Shown: positions 25,901 to 39,787 of the stretch, in pieces
Layout of the letters: every line of letters starts with the position of its first letter
Position numbering within the stretch: the stretch's first letter is position 1
Assembly: GCF_964204645.1 (NCBI RefSeq)
Contig: NC_134031.1
Span: 20,467,910 to 20,531,909 of the forward strand
Reading direction: 5' to 3'
Length of the DNA stretch: 64,000 nucleotides
DNA from: Tubulanus polymorphus
Lineage: Eukaryota; Animalia; Nemertea
Program-made: the position numbers and the translations under genes
The notes under the pieces: model-generated
What the model was told of the DNA's origin: nothing
Seen by the model: the letters and a program-made list of their open reading frames with translations, nothing else
Databases searched by the model: none

Positions 25901-28190
25901 ATTCATTCTCCCTAGAGATACGACAAACATATATAAACCCTTTCACTACCTGGTCCCTGCTATGCGATGTATAATCCACCCATCCTATATTGCGTTTACT
26001 CCACAGTGCGGAGTATCCATATTTGTTGGCAAGTTAAAATTTCTATTGAAAGATTGCAGCACCTGTCAAACATAATGAAGTATTAACTGATGATACACCG
26101 CACCAGGTAGATACAATGCAGCAGTACATTTTTTTGTACATTGCATTGCACTGCACTGCGCTGCACTAGAGTAATTTTCGATCTATTCAACTTGAACCCT
26201 GCTGTAGAGCTTCAAACTTATCAAGTCACTCAACCGCACAACTTTCACTTAGTTAACTGAATTCAAAACGTTATACATACATACCTTCCTTGAGGAATTA
26301 TGAAGATAGCAAACTTGTTCATGCTGCGTTCACCATCCACGACATACAGTGTATAACGTGGAGCTGTGATTGTCGGACTATATAAACTCACTGATAGATG
26401 TTTACCAGATTGATTTCTGAAGAAGCAAATCATAGGTATTTTATGAATAGGCATTTTAAAGAACAAATTTGCCCATTTATCTAATTGAAATTCAGAGGAA
26501 ATATCATTCTTTATAATGCCAAATTTATTATAATGCATGTCGCACTAGTTCTACCAGTGGTATTATTAGAGACTTTTACAGCAATTATCAGTGAATATTA
26601 CTAAACTTCAATACTTCCTGGTCAATAATTCTACATGAAATTACGAATCATATGTAACAAAATTTCAGGTAGTAAGCCATCATCGTAATTTCATTTGGAC
26701 AAGACTGGAATTTGAACCTGATGTCAATAAATGATTGAGGTTTGAACTAATACGAACTTGTTTTGTAGATTATGTCTGACTAACGCGTAATGTTGTAAAG
26801 CTTTCACCGATTTTTTCATATCGTCCAATGCTTCAACACGTTCAACTTGATCTTCAGTGTACGCTACTTCAAATATCTGAAATATCCAAATGAATATGAC
26901 CTTATCCCCAGACTTAATTCATCATTCTGGGGCCAGTTCCTCAAAAGCTGGTTAAAGATAAGTGACTGTTAAATACCATAGTAACAATGAAATTTCAATT
27001 GTCACCATATCAACTATCCACTGGTTAACTCTAACCAACTTTTTAGCAACCGGCCCCTGACTATATAATACCAACGTACCTTGGGGGCATTTGGCATACG
27101 TCTGAATTTCGTAAGGATGAACACGAAAACCGGCAACTTAAACTGCTCGCCGGGTTTAACATCGGATTCATCGTCTAACCTATGAACACATATAGGCCAT
27201 CCTCTACAAATAAAACAAATCTCAGTTTTATCAAAAATAAGTCAGTGAAAAGTAGGCCTACAATACGGTAAGGTCTCTAAACTTACTCCTTTGAGAAATA
27301 GGTCAACAGTTTGTTGATGATGTGATCCTGAGCTAACGAAATACAAAGGTATCGACCGCCGACTTTCAACACGCGCGATATTTCAGCGAACATTTTGTCG
27401 ACTTCCCAGAGCACGGCTTCGCTCGCGTCCGTCAGAATCGCGTCTAACGTTCCCTTGTCGACGACAACATTGTATAAATCATCTCGAAACTCCATCTGAA
27501 TCACGACAATATTCACGTTTCATTCACTCATCGATCTCGAACAAACATTTCAATGGATTCCGAGGATTCCACTAAAAAAAAACTTACCTGTTTCATGTCC
27601 ATTTGAATGAACTGTAGATCAGGACGTTGAGAATGATTTTTTTGTATCATCTGACGAATAGCCACATCGCTGATATCTATACTCGTTAAGTCTTTATAAC
27701 CGACATCGTACATGTTGGCGCTGAGATCTGAGTTTCCGCAGCCAACCATCAAGATTTTATCGGTAACTTTAACATACTTGTGTATAATACCGCATAGTTG
27801 ATTGTATTCTCCATACCTAAAACATATGCATACCGGTATATAGTCAAACTCTTGTTAAAAGTTGTCCCACTATTGAAGAAGTCATCTGATCTCTAAAACA
27901 ATTATCGAAGAAGTCCCAATAATTCAATACACTGAGAGTAGATAGTTAGCCAATTAATTTGGCATTATTCAAGTTAACGCTATTTTGCCAATATATGAAA
28001 ATATAAATCAATCACTTAGGTTAGAAAAAGAAGGGGCAGGGTCCGAGTATGATAAAGACTAAAGTTAACTTATATGAATATTTGAAGTGTAAAATTACCA
28101 TTCAAATGATTTATCTCCCCTCTTCTTGAAAAAACCTTCCCAGTAATCCGAACTTCCAAATTCGTCAGAGCTTTTCGGCAACAAATTCAT
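22924..28190 (-). CDS. METTL13: eEF1A lysine and N-terminal methyltransferase (two methyltransferase domains), multi-exon
   Basis: Exon 1 (28190-28099) reads [31 protein letters not shown]; exon 2 (27816-27588) YGEY...MVGCGNS; exon 3 VVDKGTLDA; later exons [25 protein letters not shown] and MLDIDNKD; last exon 23222-22924. Confidence 0.95.
24712..24842. mobile_element. MITE-like inverted-repeat element in a METTL13 intron
   Basis: gttccataataattgct ... agcaattatcatggaac. Confidence 0.5.
26930..27056. mobile_element. PIF/Harbinger-like MITE with a CTG target-site duplication; degenerate relative at ~11070-11170
   Basis: ctg|gggccagttcctcaaaagctggtt ... aaccaactttttagcaaccggccc|ctg. Internal ggttaaagataa...ccatagt(a/g)acaatgaaattt is shared with the 11070 region. 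Confidence 0.7.
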
Positions 28191-28389
28191 TGTTTGTTTA
28201 TTAATTCAATTAATAAAATTATTTTTATTTAACATGACTTTATTCATTTCCTGCTCCACAATTGATGATATATCGCGAACCAAATTCAATTCAATTTAAC
28301 TAATAGACTGGTCGCCTTCCCGATTATGCGCCACCTGCATTCGCAAAGATAGAGACCGGTAACCAGTCTAGGTAGAGACCAGCAACCAG

Positions 28390-28454
28390 GGCCACCTTCG
28401 GTTATCTGAGTTAGTCGACTACTAGTCGACTAGATACGAAAACCGAATTTGGCC
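28390..28454. mobile_element. Internally deleted Harbinger-like MITE with a CAG TSD; longer copy inverted at 51404-51567
   Basis: cag|ggccaccttcggttatc...ctagtcgactagatacgaaaaccgaatttggcc|cag; both ends match the reverse complement of the 51404-51567 termini. Confidence 0.7.
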
Positions 28455-30284
28455 CAGTCTACCGAACTCGTGGAAACGAGTTCGGGAGTGATACCGGGCC
28501 AAATTTGGCCCGTACCTAATAAGAGAGCGCGTTCACACGCAAACCATTCACTTGATACTAAACCAATGCGGAAGTGACGAAGTGGGTCATTTCCGGTACC
28601 AGTTGCAATTCTTAAACGCAATCATTTGGCTCGGGCCTGGTCCGACGTTTTCAGTCGGGCCAAACAGGCTCGGGCCCATTTAGCACCCGTGTGAACAGTT
28701 GTTCCGGGCCAAATTTGGCCCAGGCCAAAAACGCTCGTATGATCGCGGCTAGTCATACTATAGCCCAAGGCGAAATTGTGAAAGGTGCCTCCGATTGGGC
28801 CAACCGATTACACCGATGTACGGCTACATAATTACTTTTTAAACTCACTGAAACTCATTCATCGGAAACAAATAATTTCCAAAAACCGGGGCAGTACATT
28901 TCTTGTCAGCCTTTTAGAACAAGTCGTCAAATTTATCCTGTTGTGCAATTATATTTGATTAGCAACGCTTTCTACACAAAATATGAGCTCATTGTGATGA
29001 TAATTTGTGATCAAGGAATTTTTAGGAGTGGATGTTTTCAGCATTACGCGATCGTATGCTGAGTAAACTATCGCCCATAAATGAAAACAAAAACACACGG
29101 CTCCTCTTCTTAAGCAGCAGATTTAGGTCAATGGGAATGTTACACGCGACGAGCTTCTATTAAAGCCTCTCTCGTGTCCTAACGTGTACGCAATGTGCAT
29201 CCAGCGGGTGGGTTACAAAATAGCAGTTAAACATAAGGTCAGACAACCAACAGCGTGTTTAGGGGTCACCGACTCGCAAAGACCAAAGATTTTTTCGGGT
29301 ATGCGCACGGCTTATCGCTCCGAGACCCAACCGAACATGCGATGTCACTCGGCCATTCCTTAAACCGCAACGACAAATCATGTCCGTTTATCTATGATAA
29401 ATCAGATACTCCTCCTTCACCAAGAACCTTAGTGTCTGACACTAGGATCGTAATCGTAGAGCAACGTACAGCCACACTACAGGACTGGTTGAACTCCTCC
29501 GAGCTAAAACAACTCGATTCTTCAGATTCCATAGCGTTACCGATAATGGATGAATTGGAACTAAAAGTGGTGGATTATTGTATAACGCTGGAGTGGTTGA
29601 ATTGTGTTGAATTTCGCCTTTTCCATGAAAACCATTTTAAATGAATGACATTTTCAAAGAATTTGTTTATAGTGAAAAACCAAAACTTTTGAGGCCAATC
29701 AGGAAAAACAATTACACTTAACGAACTTAAATGTTTTGTCACATCTGATGACTTTATTGTAGATACATGTAGTATCTTCGAGTTTGACATTTCAGTTAAA
29801 TTCATCTGAAATGTAAATACAACATTTATTAAAACCATCATGAATGATTCACAGAAATGTGTGTTATACAATTAATTTCTGCTTCCAGATTTTAATTTTC
29901 TGTAACAAAGACAGCCATGATTGGTAGTTACAAATACTGCATATCTGTTTGATCTCTCCAGTCACAATGATGGGTACGAGTTTTGCTAGATGATCATTTT
30001 TTATTTGATTTTTTCCGCTGAATGAAATTGAATTGAACGGAATATGCAGACCTGCAGTTACGTTGTATGATTATAATATTTCATAACTGTTTCTAAGATT
30101 CTGTATTGACCATCTAGAACATGTGGCACGGCTACTTCTTAGAGCGAAACACTGTTTAAACGGGTCACAATGGCGATGTGTGGGTTCGTTCGTCCAACGA
30201 CGAAACTCATCACAGATTCGACATGTTGATTATACTCACTTTACGCAATAGCAACACGCATAAATGCATTTAACTCTGAGACGT

Positions 30285-30687
30285 TTAACATGTGTTGCAT
30301 GTCTTTTTGCACAAAAACCTTCTGTATTCATAGTGTTTGCAAATATTTGACAACCTACACGTAGCCCCCGCTCTATCAACGCAAGCGCCTGTTCAAAGAT
30401 AATCGATACATGCATATGAAGTATAGATTATTACGTCAAAGATCTATAAGTTTCGAAATTTCTCTCAACAAAACTTACGTTTTACAACGACATGTTCTTT
30501 CTCGAGGGCTGGAAACAATCAATACATATAGTTGGTCCTTGTGATGGCAATAAGTCGAATGAACTTTCTGGCAATCATTTCTCGGACCCACCCTTTCAAT
30601 TGACGTATTAAGCAAAAGCTTACCTGTGATTTCTGTCACTGCCACTGTCATTGCCAGCAGCAATATCATAACTTTGAAACTAACCAT
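30285..30687 (-). CDS. Secreted single-domain ShKT peptide precursor (ShK-like toxin), 65 aa, 3 coding exons
   Basis: Exons 30687-30624 (ACA G|gtaagc), 30508-30479 (gtttccag|...AAA C|gtaag) and 30388-30285 (tttgaacag|), both introns phase 1: MVSFKVMILLLAMTVAVTEITA-LEKEHVVVKR-ACVDRAGATCRLSNICKHYEYRRFLCKKTCNTC*. Six Cys with CxD and CxKTCxxC match the ShKT pattern. Confidence 0.9.
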
Positions 30688-30809
30688 CCTAAATTGTAAT
30701 AACATATTTTAAAACAATCGTTTGAACCTTTCAAAGTTATAGTTAGATGAATGTGTCAGTGAATTTACCTTCAGAAACTGGTAGAACTGTCACAGGATTC
30801 AGTAGAACC

Positions 30810-30843
30810 TATTGATTTTGTTTTGGGGGAACCTGTTTATAAA
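30810..30843 (-). promoter_or_regulatory. TATA box and initiator-like motif of the ShK-like gene
   Basis: TATAAA on the minus strand at 30841-30836 and TCAAT about 25 bp downstream. A 5'UTR intron is plausible (donor gaag|gtaaat 30768, acceptor tttag|G ATG 30689). Confidence 0.55.
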
Positions 30844-31199
30844 GGCGATGTGTAAGAGTGAAGAGAGCCGATTATTCTAAATATGAATTTTTCATGAGAT
30901 ATTATGCCAGGAGTATTATACTTCGGTAACATTTGTCAAGGTTTTTAAATCTGGAATACGCGTATCACGAAAATATGTTACTGTCTCGTTTTTAAAGAAT
31001 AATGTCGCTAAATAGCAGACTTATGAGGGCCTACATAAAACATGGCAGATTGTAAACTTTTTTGCGTATTGCATCATTTCTGTTCTACTCCACGGTATGG
31101 TGATATATATCTTTACCTTTGACATTATTCATAGTGCACTTAAAGACCTTTTAATATTTGACACCGTGCTTGACGTTTAGATTAAAAAAAAGTCAATGG

Positions 31200-32153
31200 T
31201 TATCTAACTGCTGAATTTCTACAGCGGATTTTCATACAGAAATATTCGCGAATTTCTCGTCCAAGTAAAAGATATATGTAGAAATTTACCACATAGTTAC
31301 ACATTTGAAACTGTGCAAATATGTCATATAGAATATATTTAATTTCTTCAGAGATTGGCGTCAATACAGTAAAAGTGGATGGAAGTGTGAACATCGCAAA
31401 TGCGAGCGAAACTGTTACAAGCATTATTGTTGTACGTTTTGATTTCGTTGTTTTCTGATCGGAAGAAACCATTTTTGAACCTCTGAATAACTGAACTATT
31501 ATAACAGAATTTGCTGTTATAATCAAAGATAACGGTATGATATACGCGTGAATGACAAACACGGAAAAAAATTTAATTTGGTCTATCAAAGTATGGTAGC
31601 ATCCGAACGCAGGATCTGCGAAACGAATCGACACCGTGGGCAGAAGAGTGAGAACCACTATATTTACTAGAGAAATTATCAATGTAGCAAATCTTGCGAA
31701 TCTCGGTGTACATATCAAACGAGATGTGAACGGGAAGAGAACAACTGCCACTCGTTCTAGAGATATCGCTATTATTAACCACGAACTATTGACAACTGCA
31801 AACCCCATTACGAATTCATAGATTTGACAACTGATCAGTGAATTCATGATGAATATAGGACCATCTTTAACGTGCAAGAGAATAAACTGTAAAACAGGTA
31901 TCAGCGAATAATTCAAACAGACCGTTGAATCACCGAGAGACAAAACGACAAGATAATTAGCGTAAGATAAACTGCGGAATCTGCGACTTATCATTATCAG
32001 GAAAGTAGCCGAATTTCCGAAGACACCTAACATGAACCAGACGGGCAGAATTACCAATGACACATGAAGGTAGATTCCTGACCTGTTTGCAACAGACATC
32101 AGAATGATGTAACTCCTGTAAGTTCGACCAATTTGAATCTGAGTTGAATTCAT
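31200..32153 (-). CDS. Intronless rhodopsin-class GPCR, FMRFamide/sex-peptide-receptor-like orphan
   Basis: Seven hydrophobic segments: GVFGN (TM1), LSLGD (TM2), ISLERVAVVLFP (TM3), FAMFTLP (TM6), NYVVNFYIY (TM7). Confidence 0.85.
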   Translation of the reverse strand: MNSTQIQIGRTYRSYIILMSVANRSGIYLHVSLVILPVWFMLGVFGNSATFLIMISRRFRSLSYANYLVVLSLGDSTVCLNYSLIPVLQFILLHVKDGPIFIMNSLISCQIYEFVMGFAVVNSSWLIIAISLERVAVVLFPFTSRLICTPRFARFATLIISLVNIVVLTLLPTVSIRFADPAFGCYHTLIDQIKFFSVFVIHAYIIPLSLIITANSVIIVQLFRGSKMVSSDQKTTKSKRTTIMLVTVSLAFAMFTLPSTFTVLTPISEEIKYILYDIFAQFQMCNYVVNFYIYLLLGREIREYFCMKIRCRNSAVR

Positions 32154-33204
32154 GATTCACGAGGAACGAATGAGAGAACCGAGTATCTCTGAGAGTTTAC
32201 TGACTGTGTGAGACTTTACCGAGTGTCGAGTGTTACTGTATGGACGGTCAGAGAGAGTACTGAATGTCTGTTAGTGTATACTGTGCGCGAATCTACAGGA
32301 CCTGACGGTGTCTTTACAGCTAACATTCATTTGCAGCGAATAGAAAATCAATTCTCTCGGAAAACCTAATGCAATTTTCTTATATTTTGTGAAAGTTTAT
32401 CATTGTGTAAAATATATATGTAACTAAATCAAATATCAATATTTGTTGTACAAGAATTCATTGCAAATGGTGTGAAATTTATCATAGTAAAACATCAGAA
32501 CAGGTTGGAAAATGTGTTTTTATATGAAGTCCCACGTCACACTCGACACAGAGGCTTGCTGCGATTATTACTCCGACGCCAACAGTGGGAATAATCCTTT
32601 CAGAGGCATTTTCATCCGTCAGGGGATTCGAACCCACTACGCTAAAGCTGTTCTGCTGGTGGAAACGAGTTCGCGAGTGATACCGGACCCCTGGCAAGCG
32701 AGGATGCTTCAAAGGACGTTCTGTTATCTAAATGAATTTTAGTAGCAAACTGCGCGTTGGTTTATCAAATACAACCAGCCCGATATTGAATCTGTATGTG
32801 GATTCCGATGGACAGCTTTCTTATTCCACTCCTTTTAGGAAACGAATGTATGATTGACCCAGTCATTGAATTTTATTTCTCCGATCCGCTCATGATTTTG
32901 AACCTAATAGCAGGTATCAATAAGAAGATGTCCTTGTTCTAAAAATACATGGAATTTGAAAAAATCGTAACTCGATAAAAGAACTTACACGAATTGCAGA
33001 GAATAGATTTTTTATTGACATGAAACATAAATTTGTTGTTTCATTCTGTCCATAGATTGATTAAATAGCCCGCGTATAGTTGTCGGTCATTCAGATGCAC
33101 CAACTCTGAAAAGATAAGACATGATATGTTAGATCAACGGACTTCTATTTAGTCAGTAATTCAAGCTAATTTTCTTAAAATGAAATATCATTGATTACCT
33201 ATAT

Positions 33205-33969
33205 CTAACCGGCCATAGCTGTGCCGTTATTAGTCGCAGGTGCCGTGCTGTTTGATGCGCCGCCGCCGGACTCTTCTGAATCTTCTTCAGATGAGCTGCT
33301 TTCTGAACTTTCTGAACTTTCTGAGCTCTCTGAACTACTTTCTGAACTACTTTCTGAGCTCTCTGAACTACTTTCTGAACTACTTTCTGAACTCTCTGAA
33401 CTACTTTCTGAACTACTTTCTGAGCTCTCAGAACTACTTTCGGAACTTTCTGAACTGCTTACTGAGCTCTCCGAACTACTAGAACTACTGGAGTCACCTA
33501 ATTCCACGGGGATCATAGCAATTGCCAATTCTTCTGACGAAGCATCTTCCTCAGAACTTGAGCTTGAGCTACTGGAGCTGCTGGATCCCTCGGAGCTGGA
33601 TTCACTTGATTCAGAGCTGGATTCCTCGGAGCTACTTGAACTGGATCCCTCGGAGCTACTTGAGCTGGATTCCTCGGAGCTACTTGAACTGGATTCCTCG
33701 GAGCTACTTGAACTGGATTCCTCGGAGCTACTTGAGCTGGATCCCTCGGAGCTACTTGAGCTGGACGACTCCTCAGATGACTCCTCAGAGGTTGCATTGT
33801 TGAATAAAGTTGGAATTGGATTTTTTGCTGGTTTGTTTGGAACTTTTCCCACCAGTTTTCGTGACGCTAATTTTTTCGTGGATTTACTTTCTATATTCAC
33901 CACGAATAAAGTCAAAGCCACGAAAAGAAGAGTTAGCGTGAAACCTTTCATGATTACTGAAATGAGCAA
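33205..33969 (-). CDS. Secreted Ser/Glu-rich low-complexity protein
   Basis: Signal peptide (M)KGFTLTLLFVALTLFVVNIES, a basic Lys-rich segment, then (SSSSSSEE)n 24-bp and (ESSESSSESSS)n 33-bp repeats. Apparent 5'UTR intron (~34357-34058), 3'UTR intron (33198-33106), AATAAA ~33011-33016 and TATA-like motif ~34458-34464. Confidence 0.85.
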   Translation of the reverse strand: MLISVIMKGFTLTLLFVALTLFVVNIESKSTKKLASRKLVGKVPNKPAKNPIPTLFNNATSEESSEESSSSSSSEGSSSSSSEESSSSSSEESSSSSSEESSSSSSEGSSSSSSEESSSESSESSSEGSSSSSSSSSSSEEDASSEELAIAMIPVELGDSSSSSSSESSVSSSESSESSSESSESSSESSSESSESSSESSSESSESSSESSSESSESSESSESSSSEEDSEESGGGASNSTAPATNNGTAMAG

Positions 33970-36746
33970 TTAACACTTAATGAGTGACTGACTTCAGTAG
34001 TCTGGACGGGTGTGTTACTTAAACGACTAAAACGAAGACTTAGGACCTTTTCACCACCTGAAAATGTTATAGGTGGGCTGTCTGGCCATACCGAAACAGG
34101 GTTGTACCAAGCAATTTAAATTTTTGGTAGGTGGCAGAGATACCCGACGAAGGGCAGTTCTATAGGATATAACGAAAAAGGGCACTTTTCCAAAATTTCT
34201 GGGTAGCAACTGCCCCTTTTCCCCCAGTACGGACCCAATACGGCCCTGCAAGATGATCAGTTTTCTGGGGTGCATATGTCTTTTTGTTTTACTCATGTGC
34301 ACAGTTTCGGTAACACCCTATTTGGATTATCCAATGAGTCTTTATATCAGCACTTACCTTGATGGTTGTATCCTTTTAATACGGTGAGATGACGTCTGTC
34401 TCGTGTCTCTTACAGTGACTACAGTGACAATGTACAAAAGAGAATCGAGAGCGAAGGCTATATACAAAACTGTATTTGTTCATCATTGCAAGTGACAATT
34501 GGAAAGTAAATATTAATTAAATTTATTCAATTTCATTTTAGCAATAACGTCCGTAGGTAATTGATAATTTAATTCAATAATTTTTTATTCGATATTGTAA
34601 TTCTAGATTGATTTTTTGTATTTAGAAATTACATTGAATAATTTTTAAAGATCCGACTAGCTCAGGTCGACTAATCGGATTGTAAGGAGGCGAGTCTGCG
34701 ATTTTCTAATCGGGAACCTTTTCGACATGCGCGACATGTACTTACGACCGTAAACACGCGATCGCAGACTGATCTTTTGCCGAATCGATCGCGCGACAAA
34801 CAAATCGACAATCGGCGGTCACGTGTTTACTACCTCTGTTCTTACGACGATCTAATCGGGTCGTAAGTCGACTTGAATTTGTCGAACGTTTAGGTGACCG
34901 GTGCGCGTGCGAACTGGCACGTAGGGCTATTATTATTAACTCGTGGCAAATAACTGTTTACTTAAATGTAATGATCTCATCTCTATGTTCAAAATTGTTT
35001 GATCACCCTGTAATAACTGAGTTCCAGTGTGTGTGTGTATTTTTTCAAAGTTGATATAGTTCTGGTGGATTATTACGATGTATCGTATGAAACATAGCTG
35101 ACCATTTTGATATGGCATTTATATACTGTCAAAATGAAACATTCAATTCATATTTTTGCCGTTAAAGTTTCATATTCTACTCAAGATCATATTTCACCCG
35201 TTAAACTAGCGAAGTCGAATTTACCTGTCAAAACTACTTATGCTCGTCAAAAATCATGTCGTGGATTTTGAAAAAGAAAATCAGTATTGCTTTGATTTTA
35301 TTTGATGATTTTCAGAAGGTATATACATAACTATAGATAAAGATTATACATTATTCATGACAATCATAAATACCTCGGAAATCATAATATGATTGTCAAG
35401 CGGAGTCCCTGGTAAAGACATTTGACGGGTTAGAAAATCGATATGGTAGATACTATTACAATTAGAAGTTCATATTTCCTCAATCCTACAAACTGTCATA
35501 TTTTACCCATCAAAAAAATATATTATGTACATTTCTCAAACTATCATATTCTACCTGTCAAAATGTCATGTATTTTACTCGTAAAACTTCCATGTTTCAC
35601 ACGTGTCATTGAAGTAATGTGCCTTTGGTCGTAAGAGCATCATACATATATAATATGGTTACTTATGGTACATCTGTTTTTCACATAACCAACGAAGAAG
35701 TGGATTTATGAAAAATGGAAAGTGGCACCCAATAGAAAAGAACGGCACGTGATAGACGCCCGATTAGCCGACTGCCGTAAGCATATCTGCATCAGTGACA
35801 GAACATTGCCAAAGCACGCCCGGGTGTCAGGTTTGCAGTTTTCTTGACAAAATGCGCAACCCTCGATGGGTGGAAGGTTAACGGAAGCCCAAGGATATAC
35901 TTTATTCTTCTATATACCTGTTTAGTAAGAGGTATTTAAACTAATGATCCCATGTCAACGGAATGTATGTCTACGGGTTCCTGTAATATTCTGTCGTGTC
36001 GTACATTATGGGTGCAGACGATACAAGGCCAATGGTAATGTTAAAGGCAACTTGGATGTTAGGATTTCTTGATCATTGGAATTTACCAAAACAAACTTCA
36101 AGAAGTTACGTGTACGCGAAAATAACGGCAAATTAGACGAGATCTCAGATGATATACAGTATACTCCTCTCAACTTGACGAATTTAACTTCATTTTGTTT
36201 GGAAGAACCTTCCAAGTTATTCTCAACGCGGGTATCCGGCCGTTTCTGTGAACACTTACGAATAACGTGGAGCTCCCTGCAGCTGATCAGCTACCAGCGA
36301 AAAAATATTGCAGGTGTGCGTGTTTATGTGTCTGGTGCATGGTTAGACCTTTGATCTATCTTAAGTCGTCACAATTAGTTAAGTTTATCATTCAATATAT
36401 TACAACAAACACATTATAAAACAAGACACAACGGAATACAATGATATACACGAAGAAAGCTGCATATTGGCCAAATTGATTGATCAACCTGATTGATCGA
36501 GGTCGAGTGCTTTTCAGGCTGTAAATCCTATAAAAACCTAATCAGTCCTGCAACAAGGTTTCTCGAAATCGTCTCATCATGGGTGCATTTAGATTGACTG
36601 TTATTATTGAATCCGAATATATAACTATGAAAATCCTCGGTAAGCTAATCGAACAGGGGTGGATTTGATGGCTATTGTCATAAGTTTAGTATAAACTGGC
36701 ATAACGGGGGCACGATCAGCGTCGTCACGAGTATAGTTTCGATATT

Positions 36747-39787
<3,041 letters not shown>

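Noticed and set aside
29255-29644. 129-aa GTG-start ORF divergent from METTL13
   Set aside because: No recognisable domain, in-frame stops just upstream, and no convincing exon chain.
30475-30705. 76-aa ORF as a single-exon Cys-containing secreted peptide
   Set aside because: It reads through intron 1 and into exon 2 out of frame; the spliced model gives a coherent ShKT precursor with consensus splice sites.
33221-33973. 250-aa Leu/Ser/Glu ORF on the + strand and other overlapping frames
   Set aside because: Antisense or alternate-frame shadows of the repetitive Ser-rich gene; only the minus frame has a signal peptide, splice signals and a polyA signal.
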